A DNA stretch of 64,000 nt from the NCBI RefSeq assembly GCF_000737315.1, contig NZ_JMCB01000009.1, positions 1 to 64,000 of the forward strand, in the 5' to 3' direction. Positions 34,763 through 44,250 of the stretch are shown here, piece after piece. This DNA is from Hyalangium minutum (lineage in GTDB: Bacteria; Myxococcota; Myxococcia; Myxococcales; Myxococcaceae). The position numbers and the translations under genes were made by a program. Within the stretch, counting starts at the first letter, position 1. Every line of letters begins with the position of its first letter. The notes beneath the pieces are model-generated. The model had not been told where the DNA came from. It did no database searches and was given only the letters and a program-made list of their open reading frames with translations.

Positions 34763-35644
34763 GTGCTGACCCTCGCCCTCCCCCTGCTGCTTGCCACGGT
34801 GCCTTGCGCGGATCTGGAGACGGATGTCCGGCTCCTCGAAGAGACCGCCAAGAATCGCCCCGCAGAGCTCTCCAGCATCGTGGCGGGCATCGAGTCGCGC
34901 GCCGGAGGGCTCCCCCTGCGCCCCCAAGGGGACTTCTCCACCGAGCAGCTCGCCCAGGATGTGGCGGCCCGGCTGAGGGAGACCTGTGCCTTCCAGGAGT
35001 CCTCGGCCCGCCCGCAGGCATCCCTCCCCGACAGCTCGCCGGAGCGGCTCCGGGCCATCCTCGACCGGCCCGAGTTCTCCCAAGCCCGCAGGCGCAACAC
35101 CGATCTGCTCCAGCGCCTCCTTCGCCAAGCCGACGCGTGGCTCAGCGGCCTCTTCCAGTCCAAGGGCGCCCAGAGCTTCGCCATCACCACCCGCGCCATC
35201 ATCCTCGGGCTGGGGCTCGCGGTGGTCCTCTTTGGGGTGTTGCGCTTCCGGCGCTGGCGCCGCCCCGCCACACAACCTGCCGCTCCAGCCGCCGAAGCCG
35301 CGGCCCGGCTCGAGCTCGACTCCCCTCGCGAGCACCTGCAGCGCGCCCGCGAGGCGCTGGCCTCCTCCCCGCGTGAGGCCATCCGGCAGGGGCTGCTGTC
35401 CCTGCTCTCCACCCTCGAGGAGCGGCAACTGGCCCGGCCCGATCGCGTGAAGACGAACCGCGAGCTCGCCGCCGAGCTGCCCAGCCGTGGCGCCCCAGCG
35501 CCCCTCGTCCAGGAGGTGGAGCGGCTGGTCCGCTGGTACGACCGCACCTTCTATTCGCTGTCGCCCGTGCCCCCGGACGAGGCCGCGAGCTTCGTGGCCG
35601 ACGTCGAGCGCCTGCAGCACACCCCTCCCGGAGGGGTGGCATGA
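34763..35644 (+). CDS. DUF4129-type membrane-anchored protein
   Basis: AILDRPEF, one TM helix, AIRQGLLSLLSTL...KTNRE...WYDRTFY. Confidence 0.75.
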   Translation: MLTLALPLLLATVPCADLETDVRLLEETAKNRPAELSSIVAGIESRAGGLPLRPQGDFSTEQLAQDVAARLRETCAFQESSARPQASLPDSSPERLRAILDRPEFSQARRRNTDLLQRLLRQADAWLSGLFQSKGAQSFAITTRAIILGLGLAVVLFGVLRFRRWRRPATQPAAPAAEAAARLELDSPREHLQRAREALASSPREAIRQGLLSLLSTLEERQLARPDRVKTNRELAAELPSRGAPAPLVQEVERLVRWYDRTFYSLSPVPPDEAASFVADVERLQHTPPGGVA

Positions 35645-36825
35645 AGAACCTGCGCACCTTCCTCTTCTTCGGGATCCTCGTCACCCTCGCGGCGGCGCTG
35701 GGCCTGTCGGCCCGGCAGGCCGCGACCGAGTCCACGCTGCCGTCCGTGGACAACCCAGGCCCACTCGGGCTGCGCGCGCTCTACCTCTATCTCGAAGAGG
35801 GCGGCGCCACCGTGGAGGCGCACCGGGACTCGCTCGAAGCCCTCCCCACCACCGCCCGGACTGTCGTCATCCCCGCACCGCAAGGCCGCTCCGTCTCCCC
35901 GGTCGAGGTGGAGGCGTTGGAGCGCTTCGTGCGCGGCGGGGGAACCCTCGTCTTCCTGACCTCGCGGGACAAGGCCAAGGGCCAACCCGCGCTAGAGCAG
36001 TGGCTGGAGTTGGAGCGCGGCGCGTTCCTGGGCGCGAGTTCGCGGGGCCTCCCCGAGGGTGATCAGGACCTCGGAGGCACCACTGTGGACGTCTGGGTCC
36101 CTGCTGGAGCCGCTCGGGGCACGAGTGGCTTCCGGGTGTCCCGGGACCGGGGCATCCGCCTGAACATGGCGGAGGCCGTGCCCATCGCCGGCCAGGAGGG
36201 CATCGCGGCGCTGTGGCGGCTGGGGCTCGGCCAGGGCGAGGTGTATGTGGCCGCGGGGCCTGACATGGCGGAGAACCGGCGGATCGAGCTGCTCGACAAC
36301 CTGCGCTTCTGGGACGCGCTCGCGGCCCGAGGCCCTCTGCTCTTCGACGAGTTCCACCACTCGGCGGAGCCCCCTCCGCCCATGTCACGAGGCGTCTGGG
36401 CCTTCGTGCTCCAGTGCCTGGCCGTGGGAGCCCTCTACGTGTTCGCGCGTGGCCAGCGCTTCGGAGCGCCCCGGCCGCAGCTGCCCGAGCGGCACCGCTC
36501 CACGCTGGAGTACGTCCAATCCATGGGGTGGCTCACGCGCCGAGCCAAGGTGGAGCGAGAGCTGCTCCCCGAGCTGGCCCGTCACCTGCGCCAGCTCATG
36601 CACGAGCGGCTCGGAATCCCCCTCACGCTCTCCGAGGAGGAGGCCGCCCGGATGATGGAGCAGCGCTGTGGCATCCCCTCCGCGCACTATCTGGAGACCC
36701 GAGCGGAGCTGGCGAGGGCCCTAGACCAGGACACCCTCACCCCGAAGGCCTACGCACAACTCGCGGCCCGCTACGCCCGGCTTGAGGCCATCGTCACGGG
36801 CCGCGCAGCCTTCACCGCCGCCTGA
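35641..36825 (+). CDS. DUF4350-type protein
   Basis: N-terminal TM; SVDNPGPLGLRALYLYL, LERFVRGGGTLV, LFDEFHH, RFGAP and EYVQSMG; ATGA overlap. Confidence 0.78.
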   Translation: MKNLRTFLFFGILVTLAAALGLSARQAATESTLPSVDNPGPLGLRALYLYLEEGGATVEAHRDSLEALPTTARTVVIPAPQGRSVSPVEVEALERFVRGGGTLVFLTSRDKAKGQPALEQWLELERGAFLGASSRGLPEGDQDLGGTTVDVWVPAGAARGTSGFRVSRDRGIRLNMAEAVPIAGQEGIAALWRLGLGQGEVYVAAGPDMAENRRIELLDNLRFWDALAARGPLLFDEFHHSAEPPPPMSRGVWAFVLQCLAVGALYVFARGQRFGAPRPQLPERHRSTLEYVQSMGWLTRRAKVERELLPELARHLRQLMHERLGIPLTLSEEEAARMMEQRCGIPSAHYLETRAELARALDQDTLTPKAYAQLAARYARLEAIVTGRAAFTAA

Positions 36826-36938
36826 GCCACAATGGGGCCAGTTCATTCATCTCTTCTGCTCGCGCGCGCGGCCCGCTGGCAGGGTGACCCGGGAGGTTTT
36901 CCCGAGTTAATGTCCCCTCGCGCTTGAAGGACGGAGCC

Positions 36939-37841
36939 ATGCGTTCCCCGCCTTGCATCGCACTCCTGCTCTTACTCTCGGCCTGCGCAACGATGGATCC
37001 GAGCCCGGGAGAGTGGGAGGACCCGAACCCGAGACTGGCAAACCTTCAGCGCGCAGCCCAGTACCCCTGGACGGATGACGGGCATTGCGTGGTGCGAGAA
37101 GCCTCCACCGAGTGGCCGCTCCTTGCGGAGCGGTGCTTTCACGTCCTCGATCACGGGAGGGTCAAGTTTCGAGACGCCACAGGAAGGTGCGCCGTCGCAT
37201 CTACGGCTCTGGCTCCCGCAGCCGTGGCCCTCTGTGTCTTTGCGGCACCTGAGATCGTCGTTGGCGCAGTGATTGTGATGGGAGCCGTGGTGGTGGCTGC
37301 TGCCATCACAGAGGGGCTGGAGGCTTATGAACGGAACGCATCCCGCGAGCGTGCGAAACACAAAACTCAGGCGCGTCCTGCCAAAGAACCGTTAGCGAAC
37401 CGCCCACCCAAGCCAGAGGGCTCGCGCACCGGAGACATCTTCCCCCCAGTGCCGACTGAATCCAACCCACGCCGCCCGGCGTGCGAGCCCATCCCGGTGC
37501 CGCACGCAGGCGAAGATGCGCCGCATAACGAGTGCGCCGATAAATTTCCGCCGAACCGCTACCCCGGCATGGACGTGCTTGTGGCCGGCATGCGCTTCGA
37601 TGCACTGCAAGTCGGCGTGCGTGTGCTGTGGGAGATCAAGACCCATCGATTTGACACATACAATGACTTTGTCCGAGATCAGGAGATTGAAAAGGAAATT
37701 GAGCAATTGCACAAAGAGCTCAATGCTGCGAGTGCCTGTGGATACGACTTCGTCGTTGGGGTGAGCACGCAAGCGCACAAGCAAGCACTGCTCGATAGGG
37801 ATCCCGAACTCAAGATCGTCGTCACGGGGTGCCCACGATGA
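36939..37841 (+). CDS. Lipoprotein toxin with a C-terminal PD-(D/E)XK nuclease-like domain (DUF6310-like)
   Basis: Lipobox LLLSAC; hydrophobic segment APEIVVGAVIVMGAVVVAAAI; FDALQ...LWEIKT; visibly more A/T-ending codons than the flanking genes. Confidence 0.72.
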   Translation: MRSPPCIALLLLLSACATMDPSPGEWEDPNPRLANLQRAAQYPWTDDGHCVVREASTEWPLLAERCFHVLDHGRVKFRDATGRCAVASTALAPAAVALCVFAAPEIVVGAVIVMGAVVVAAAITEGLEAYERNASRERAKHKTQARPAKEPLANRPPKPEGSRTGDIFPPVPTESNPRRPACEPIPVPHAGEDAPHNECADKFPPNRYPGMDVLVAGMRFDALQVGVRVLWEIKTHRFDTYNDFVRDQEIEKEIEQLHKELNAASACGYDFVVGVSTQAHKQALLDRDPELKIVVTGCPR

Positions 37842-38593
37842 CTGCTCGAAAGCGCCTCATTCTTATCACTCATGGGCCTGCGCTCGTGGGCAATGACGGA
37901 CGCGCGCTCGCTGTTGTCCAAGGGATGGAGAGGACGCTCCCCGGTTTGCGTCTGGAGTGGAGAGTTACCGAGGGGCGACAGCTTGCCGCGTTGCCACAGC
38001 GCGACGAGTGGCTCGCGGAAGCCACCAAGGACGGGGAATTCCCTTTCTTGTGCAACGGGGACGAGGGTTACCCGGTGATGATTTCTGGTCTCCAAAAACC
38101 GGCAAGCCTCAGCCCGGGTGGTCAGCCCCTGTTTGAAGTGCATGCAAAGCTGCCACTGGATGCCACAGGGATCGCAGCAGCGGCAGATGCGCTGGAGGCC
38201 TTGGCGGAGGGCGCACACGCGTACTGGGGGCATGCGTCACCGGAGGGCTATGGTTCAGAAGTCTCAGAGCAGATGCGCCACTCAGCTCATGGGCCAGAGC
38301 GCTCACCCCGTGGGCTTCCCATGCTCAGTTTGTCACGGCATATCCATTCACCTGAGATTCCGCACTACCTCGGGTGGCTGAACTACTGGTCTGCCGCTGC
38401 CGCAAAAGCGATCGGGTTCCCGGACCCGGCCCACGATGCCGAGTTGCAAACGCGGGCGCGGCGCACGGCGTCGGGAGGGTGGGTTGTGCGGCTCACGGAT
38501 GAGCCGCTCGATTACGACAACCCCGCCCACTTGGACACGCTCCTGCGGGTCTACGAGCGCTTCCCGGAGATCGGCGGGCGCGCGGCGCCTTGA
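37838..38593 (+). CDS. Putative cognate immunity protein (DUF5953-like)
   Basis: ATGA overlap with the toxin; YWGH, LGWLNYWS and GWVVRLTDEPLD...H blocks typical of immunity proteins for restriction-endonuclease-fold toxins. Confidence 0.7.
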   Translation: MTARKRLILITHGPALVGNDGRALAVVQGMERTLPGLRLEWRVTEGRQLAALPQRDEWLAEATKDGEFPFLCNGDEGYPVMISGLQKPASLSPGGQPLFEVHAKLPLDATGIAAAADALEALAEGAHAYWGHASPEGYGSEVSEQMRHSAHGPERSPRGLPMLSLSRHIHSPEIPHYLGWLNYWSAAAAKAIGFPDPAHDAELQTRARRTASGGWVVRLTDEPLDYDNPAHLDTLLRVYERFPEIGGRAAP

Positions 38594-39796
38594 CTACAGG
38601 CTCCGGCCCGCCTTGAGCAGGGCCTCGCCCACGTGCGAGCGGATCTCCTCCACCCGCGCATCCCAGCTCTCGTGGAAGATGCGCTCGGCGCGCTCGCGGC
38701 TGGGGCCTGCGCCCTCGGCGAGGCACTCGTCCACCTTGCGCACGAAGTCCTCCGTCGAGGTGGCCACCTTGCACAGCCCCACCTTGCGCACCTCGGGGAT
38801 GTCCGTGGACACCACCGGGAGCCCCGCAGCCAGGTACTCGCGCACCTTCAGCGGGTTGGCGTTGAGCGTCAGCTCGTTCACTGTGAACGGCATCAGCGCC
38901 ACATCGAACGCCTTGCAGTAGCCCGGCAGGCTCGCGTACGGCTGGCGCCCTAGGAAGTGGATGTTCGGCACCGCCTTCATCGCCGTCACGTCGCAGTCCG
39001 GCGCCACCTTGCCGATCACCACCACCGAGCCTTCGGGGTGCGCCTTCGCCGTGGCGATGATCGCCTCCTGGTCCACCCAGTCCGCCATCAGCCCGAAGAA
39101 GCCGATGATGGGCCCCGGCAGCTTCGCGATGTCCTCCGGAACCTGCGTGGCCTCGTCACACGCCTTCACGAAGTGCTGGTAGTCCACCCCGTGCCGCACC
39201 AGCACCGTGTTCGGGTTCACCTTGGCCTTGTTCTCGCGCAGGCGCTCGGCGGAGGTGATGACCAGATCCGCCCGGCGCAGCAGCCGCTCCTCCAGCTCCG
39301 CGATGTGGCGCCCGTTGGTGTCGCTGAACGCGGAGAACTCGTCCACGCAGTGGTAGACGACGAACTCCTCGCCCAGCGTGCCCGACACCGGCGCCGAGGC
39401 CGGCAGGAACGACCACGAGATGGGCCGCCGGAAGTTCAGCTTCTTCATCGCCCGCTTCACCTGGAGCCGCAGCAGCTCCCGGTTCGTCGACCGCACCGCC
39501 TCCGAGCCGTAGAACGGGATGGCCAGCGGCGCCAGCACGAAGAGGTTGGGCTCCACCTCTCGGATGCCCTCGGTGAAGGAGGACAGCTTGCGCCAGATGC
39601 GCTGCAGATCGTGCGTGTTCGCCTTGGGCGCCCGGTTGCCGATGCTGTTCACCCACAGCACGCGGTTCTCCCGCGAGAGGATCCGCATGATGTGGACCTT
39701 GGACAGCGGATCGCCGTCCCAGTCGTTGGAGAACACCACCAGGTCCCGTCCGCGCAGGGCCCGGCGGGTCAGATCCATGTCTTCACTGCGCCGCAT
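38594..39796 (-). CDS. exoP: Glycosyltransferase (GT-B), spore-coat cluster
   Basis: SKVHIMRILS, YHCVDEF, IGFFG and NPLKVREYLAAGLPVVST; last gene of the deacetylase-wzx-acetyltransferase-GT-GT block; alternative start at 39778. Confidence 0.82.
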   Translation of the reverse strand: MRRSEDMDLTRRALRGRDLVVFSNDWDGDPLSKVHIMRILSRENRVLWVNSIGNRAPKANTHDLQRIWRKLSSFTEGIREVEPNLFVLAPLAIPFYGSEAVRSTNRELLRLQVKRAMKKLNFRRPISWSFLPASAPVSGTLGEEFVVYHCVDEFSAFSDTNGRHIAELEERLLRRADLVITSAERLRENKAKVNPNTVLVRHGVDYQHFVKACDEATQVPEDIAKLPGPIIGFFGLMADWVDQEAIIATAKAHPEGSVVVIGKVAPDCDVTAMKAVPNIHFLGRQPYASLPGYCKAFDVALMPFTVNELTLNANPLKVREYLAAGLPVVSTDIPEVRKVGLCKVATSTEDFVRKVDECLAEGAGPSRERAERIFHESWDARVEEIRSHVGEALLKAGRSL

Positions 39797-40856
39797 GTTG
39801 CGTCTCCCGTGTCGAAATCCAATCCGTAAGCCCCGGTGCCGCGAGCTCCTCGTACAGACGGAGCAGCACGGGACCGGCGTCCGGCTGAGCCACCTGCGCG
39901 GGTCCCTCCGCGAGCGCCTGCCGGATCCTCAGCGCCAGATCCGGCGGGTGGCCGCCCCGGAACAAAAAGGTGCCCTCGGGCCGGGCGCACACGTCGCTGG
40001 CCACGCAGGGCACTCCGAGCGTCAGCGCCTCGCGGACGGAGACCGAGTCCCCGTCATGCGTCGTGGGCCGGATGAACACATCGCACCGTGACAACAGACC
40101 GAGCGCCTCGTCGTGGTTCAGCTCGCCCAGATCCTCCAGGAGCGGCGCCACGTGCGTCTCGCGGGCATCCCGCGCGAACTCCGGCGTCCGCGTCCCAGGC
40201 CCGAACACCGCGAGCCCCACGCCCGGCAGCTCGTTCGCCAGCATCCGGAGCGCGCGGAACATCTGCATGCGCCCGTAGACCGGCGACGGGTGGTGCGCCA
40301 TGGCCAGCAGCGGAGAGCGCCGGGCCCTCGCCAGTTCCACGGCGGCAGTCACCGGCCCGGGCCGCACCTGCGAGGCGCAGAAGGCCGGCTGCACGAGGAT
40401 CTTCTCGGAAGGCACTCCACAGCCAACGAGCGCCTCCTTCACGGCCTCGGACACCGCGATCACGCGCGAGTACCCCGCCAGCGCGGCACGGGCCATGGCT
40501 CGCCGGGCCACGGAGCCCGCGAGGAACTCCGGCAGCAGCCCCGAGTGCAGGGTGATGAACCGAGGCGCTCGAGGCCCTGGGACACCCGCCAGCGCGGCCA
40601 GCACCCAGGCCTTCGGGTTGTCACCGCTGGTGTGGACATGCACCGTCCATCCAGCGCTCAAGAATCCCGCGAGCCGCAGCCCGAACTTGGCCGGCGTGCG
40701 GACAGGGATAACGTCCGGAGCCGGCCGGCCGCCCTTTCCAATGTCCAGCACCTTCGCCTCGACGCCACGCTCGCGAAGAAATCGATGCAGTTGTTGAACG
40801 TGAATCGCCACCCCGCCATGCGGAGGTGGGTAGTCACCAATGAGAAGCACGCGCAT
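39783..40856 (-). CDS. exoO: Glycosyltransferase family 4
   Basis: YPPPHGGVAIH, HVHTSG and FIRPTTHDGDSVSVREALTLGVPCVASD. Confidence 0.82.
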   Translation of the reverse strand: MRVLLIGDYPPPHGGVAIHVQQLHRFLRERGVEAKVLDIGKGGRPAPDVIPVRTPAKFGLRLAGFLSAGWTVHVHTSGDNPKAWVLAALAGVPGPRAPRFITLHSGLLPEFLAGSVARRAMARAALAGYSRVIAVSEAVKEALVGCGVPSEKILVQPAFCASQVRPGPVTAAVELARARRSPLLAMAHHPSPVYGRMQMFRALRMLANELPGVGLAVFGPGTRTPEFARDARETHVAPLLEDLGELNHDEALGLLSRCDVFIRPTTHDGDSVSVREALTLGVPCVASDVCARPEGTFLFRGGHPPDLALRIRQALAEGPAQVAQPDAGPVLLRLYEELAAPGLTDWISTRETQHAAQ

Positions 40857-40874
40857 CAAACAAAGTCCTCGGTC

Positions 40875-41402
40875 CTACTGAAAAGTGGTCTCCGGAAGGT
40901 GCATCGACCCCAACGTCTGGCCAAGCCGCGGAGGCGGCAGCCCCATCTCCCGCTCGTAAAAAGCAATCGGATCCGAATCCTGGCGGAGCACCCGGGCCGG
41001 GACCCCGGCCACCACCGCACCCGCAGGCACGTCCTGGAGCACCACCGCGTTGGCGCCGATCACCGCGAAGTCGCCAACCTGGACGTTGCCGAGGATCTTC
41101 GCCCCCGCGCCAATGCGCACGTAGTCGCCGATCACCGGGACGCCCTCGATGCCCGACCGTCCACTGATGGTCACTTGCTGAGAGACGAGGCAGTAGCGCC
41201 CCAGCCTCGCGTTCTGGTGGATGACGACTCCGATACCGCCGTAACCCAACGCCGTGCCCTCGCCGATCTCGGCCTCATAGGGAATGTGAGAGCTGTGCAG
41301 GTAATAGATGACCTTGCGCAGCACATCCGGCAGCACAGGAACCCCGCGCAGATGCAACCTGCGCGCAAGTCGGTACCACGTCATCCCGTCCAACCCCATC
41401 AC
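40875..41402 (-). CDS. exoN: Serine O-acetyltransferase-like (left-handed beta-helix) protein
   Basis: Hexapeptide repeats, PVIGDYVRIGAGAKILG and VVAGVPAR. Confidence 0.85.
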   Translation of the reverse strand: MMGLDGMTWYRLARRLHLRGVPVLPDVLRKVIYYLHSSHIPYEAEIGEGTALGYGGIGVVIHQNARLGRYCLVSQQVTISGRSGIEGVPVIGDYVRIGAGAKILGNVQVGDFAVIGANAVVLQDVPAGAVVAGVPARVLRQDSDPIAFYEREMGLPPPRLGQTLGSMHLPETTFQ

Positions 41403-41407
41403 TCACT

Positions 41408-41435
41408 CCCGTCCCCAACCCCACCAACCCCACCC
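41408..41435 (-). other. G-tract cluster (potential G-quadruplex) just upstream of exoN
   Basis: Minus strand GGGTGGGGTTGGTGGGGTTGGGGACGGG: five runs of 3-4 G with short loops. Confidence 0.5.
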
Positions 41436-41501
41436 TGGCCCGAAGCTAGGGAGTCACCTCTGAGGAGGGAAGTCCTCCCCAAGGGTCCACTTCCCACCGC
41501 T

Positions 41502-43019
41502 TCAGCTCGCTCCCCGCGTCCGCAGCCCCGCCAGGATCCGCAGCGGCCGGATCCCCGTCGCGTAGAGCACCGCCACATACCCGATGGCGAACAGCACCCC
41601 GGTCACGGCCAGCGGCAGCGCCCGCCAAATGAAGCCCTGAGGCAGGCCCACCCAGGCGCCCACCAGGCCCGCGCGCAGCGCGAAGACACCCGCCGCCGCC
41701 GCACAGGCCGCCAGCGACGCCTTGCCCAGCTCCGCCCAGGGGATGACATCCCGGATGCGCAGCGGACGCTCTGGCGTGGACAGCGCAGCAGGCACGCGGA
41801 TCAGCAGCGTCGCCTTCCCCACCAGCTCCGCCACCGCCCACGAGGCGATGCCGCCCTTCATCCCGAAGGAGCGCACGCCCCACCAGACGAGCGGCACCGT
41901 GACCACCGCCTTGATCAGGTACGACAAGAAGATGGCGCGCGTGTAACCCCGGGCACGCAGCACACCGTCCATCGGCAGGATGGCCAGCACCACGCCCAGC
42001 ACGCTCACCCGGAAGATGGGCACCGCGGGCAGGAACTTCGCGCCAAACATCGCGGAGATGAACTCGGGCGCCGCGGCGAACAGGAACGCGGCGAACGGCA
42101 GGAACACGAAGGCCAGCTTCCCCGCGGCCTCGCGGAAAGCCCCCACGCCCTCCTCCAGCCTCCCGGCCTTCTCCAGCTCGCCCAGGCGCACCATCAGCAC
42201 CTCGCTCGTGGGCGTGTAGAGCAGCTCCACCACCGGCAACTGGAAGCAGCCCACCCGGTACAGCGCGTACAGCGCCGGGGCCACCGCGCTCGCCACCACA
42301 TAGAAGTGCGCGTTCTGCTGCGGAATGGACAGCGCCATGGCCGCCCCAAATGGCGCCGCGTACATCAGTTGCTCGCGGAAGAGCTTCCCGCTCACCAGCG
42401 GCCCCTCGCTCCCTCGGAGCGAGATGACCCACGTGGCCAGGTAGCGCAGCCCCGCATACCCCGCCACCGCGATCATCATCCCGTGCAGCGAGGCGCCGAA
42501 CAGGCACGGCAACACCATGGCCGCCGAGCGCACCGTGTCCGAGCCCAGGTACGCCACCGCCGCCGCCTTCGTCCGCCCCTGGCTGGTGAGGGCCACCTCC
42601 AGCGGGAACGAACCCAGGAGCAGCGCGGTGTAGATCGCCAGCGGCCAGCGGTAGTTCAGCAGCGCTGGGTTGGAGAACAGCCCGGCCACCGGCTCGAGCA
42701 GCCCCACCACCAGCGCCGCCGCCACCACGCCCGCCGCGGTCATGAAGAGCATCGTCTGGCCGAGGAACGGCCGCTTCTGCTCCACCCGAGGCAGGAAGTA
42801 GTAGAGGCTCTGCGCCACGCCGAACGGCAGCACGTAGTAGAGCGTCGTGGAGATCAGGAACAGCTGATAGTACGTCCCGTACTCCTCCAGGCTCAGCACC
42901 CGGGCAAGCACGAGCGGAATGGACAGCGTCAGCCCGGCCGTGAAGAGCCGCGCCAACACCAGGGGCCCGGCCTTGCCCAGGAAGGACCCGGACGCGGCGG
43001 GCGCCGAGGATGCGCTCAC
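41502..43019 (-). CDS. exoM: Wzx oligosaccharide flippase
   Basis: About 12-14 TM helices; LARVLSLEEYGTY, LKYAAPFG-like segment and YALYRVG typical of MOP/Wzx proteins. Confidence 0.87.
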   Translation of the reverse strand: MSASSAPAASGSFLGKAGPLVLARLFTAGLTLSIPLVLARVLSLEEYGTYYQLFLISTTLYYVLPFGVAQSLYYFLPRVEQKRPFLGQTMLFMTAAGVVAAALVVGLLEPVAGLFSNPALLNYRWPLAIYTALLLGSFPLEVALTSQGRTKAAAVAYLGSDTVRSAAMVLPCLFGASLHGMMIAVAGYAGLRYLATWVISLRGSEGPLVSGKLFREQLMYAAPFGAAMALSIPQQNAHFYVVASAVAPALYALYRVGCFQLPVVELLYTPTSEVLMVRLGELEKAGRLEEGVGAFREAAGKLAFVFLPFAAFLFAAAPEFISAMFGAKFLPAVPIFRVSVLGVVLAILPMDGVLRARGYTRAIFLSYLIKAVVTVPLVWWGVRSFGMKGGIASWAVAELVGKATLLIRVPAALSTPERPLRIRDVIPWAELGKASLAACAAAAGVFALRAGLVGAWVGLPQGFIWRALPLAVTGVLFAIGYVAVLYATGIRPLRILAGLRTRGAS

Positions 43020-44194
43020 GTCGGCTCCTCCAGGGAGATCTGGCTCCGCATCAGCAGCTCATTGGCCGCCCGAGTGGCGGATAAGTGGGGCCGCCGTCCC
43101 GTCACGGGGCGGCTCACCCCCAACATCGCGAAGCAGTCGTCCAACTGGCAGCCGGTGAGCGCCTCCGAGTAGTCCCCCAACATGCCGATGCTGAAGTTCT
43201 CCCACAGCACCTTGCGCTTGAGGGTGAACGGATCCCCGCCCACCCGGTTGGGCAGATCCTCGGTCGTCACCCCCGAGCGGAAGCCGTGCTGCTTCAGCAA
43301 CCGGATGACCTCCTCCGAGTACCAGCCGTTGCAGTAGGCGAAGTCCCGGACCGGGGTGCCCAGCTCCCGCTCGATGGCTTGCTTGGACTCGATGATCTCC
43401 CGCTCCATCTGCTCGGCGGGCTCCATCGTCAGCACGGTGTGCCCCAGCGTGTGCGCACCGAACTCGAAGCCATCCCGAGCCATGTGCCGCACCTCGTCCC
43501 AGTCCATGATGTCGCCCTGCTCGGGCAACAGGTTCGCGCCGCCTCCCAGTTCCTGCTCCAGCGCCTGGATGACCTCCTGCACCACACGGGCGGAGTGCTC
43601 GCCAATGAACTCATCCAGCGCGTCGGAGACCGGCCGGCTGCCGGACAAGATCGGCCCCGCCAGCTTCAGCGCAGGCTCCGGAAGCGTCGTGAAGTACGGC
43701 CTGAGCCGCCGCTTCTGCGCCACCTGGATGAGGTGGAACAGCCGATCATGATTGAACCGCCGCTTCGTGCCGATGAAGTCCGTCGGCAGATAGACAATGG
43801 CCGGTACACCCATCCGCTTCAGCAGGGGATAGGCGAACCGATACACATCCCGGTACCCGTCATCGAACGTGACGACACACAGATCCCGCTTGGTGCTCCT
43901 GCGCCCCGCCATCACGTCCACGGCATCGCCAATGGTGGCGAACTCGTAGCCCGCAGCCGCAGCCTGCTCCAGGTGCCGCCGAAACGTCTCCTTGGAGATG
44001 AGCAGCCCTGGAATGGACCGCTGCAGCTCGCCTGTCAGATCCTCCACCACCCTGTGGTAGCTGACGATCAGGAGGCGCCGCCCACCGGACTGGCTCCGGC
44101 GATACATGGCCATAGCCTTCCTGAGTCCGCTGTAGTGGAGCACTCCAGCGGCCGCTACTTTCACCGCTCTTCGCACCAACCCTCCCGCGCCCAT
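43016..44194 (-). CDS. exoL: Polysaccharide deacetylase (CE4)
   Basis: SYHRV, VTFDDGY, GAHTLGH and FAYCNG; start set at MGAGG, downstream of the sigma54 site. Confidence 0.87.
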   Translation of the reverse strand: MGAGGLVRRAVKVAAAGVLHYSGLRKAMAMYRRSQSGGRRLLIVSYHRVVEDLTGELQRSIPGLLISKETFRRHLEQAAAAGYEFATIGDAVDVMAGRRSTKRDLCVVTFDDGYRDVYRFAYPLLKRMGVPAIVYLPTDFIGTKRRFNHDRLFHLIQVAQKRRLRPYFTTLPEPALKLAGPILSGSRPVSDALDEFIGEHSARVVQEVIQALEQELGGGANLLPEQGDIMDWDEVRHMARDGFEFGAHTLGHTVLTMEPAEQMEREIIESKQAIERELGTPVRDFAYCNGWYSEEVIRLLKQHGFRSGVTTEDLPNRVGGDPFTLKRKVLWENFSIGMLGDYSEALTGCQLDDCFAMLGVSRPVTGRRPHLSATRAANELLMRSQISLEEPT

Positions 44195-44234
44195 GACCTC
44201 CCCCAATGCGCAGCCCAACCTTGTCCCGCAAGGA

Positions 44235-44250
44235 TGCAGGAGCGATGCCA
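44235..44250 (-). promoter_or_regulatory. sigma54-type (-24/-12) promoter of the exoL-P block
   Basis: Minus strand TGGCATCGCTCCTGCA with exact GG-N10-GC spacing. Confidence 0.6.

Noticed and set aside
36826-38593. Toxin-immunity pair as an autonomous mobile element
   Set aside because: No integrase, transposase, terminal inverted repeats or direct repeats were seen; reported only as a probable horizontally acquired cassette.
38594-44194. Polysaccharide genes as a novel biosynthetic system
   Set aside because: Gene content and order match the known myxobacterial spore-coat (exo) Wzx/Wzy pathway. The lack of wzy here agrees with my recollection that it is encoded at a separate locus.
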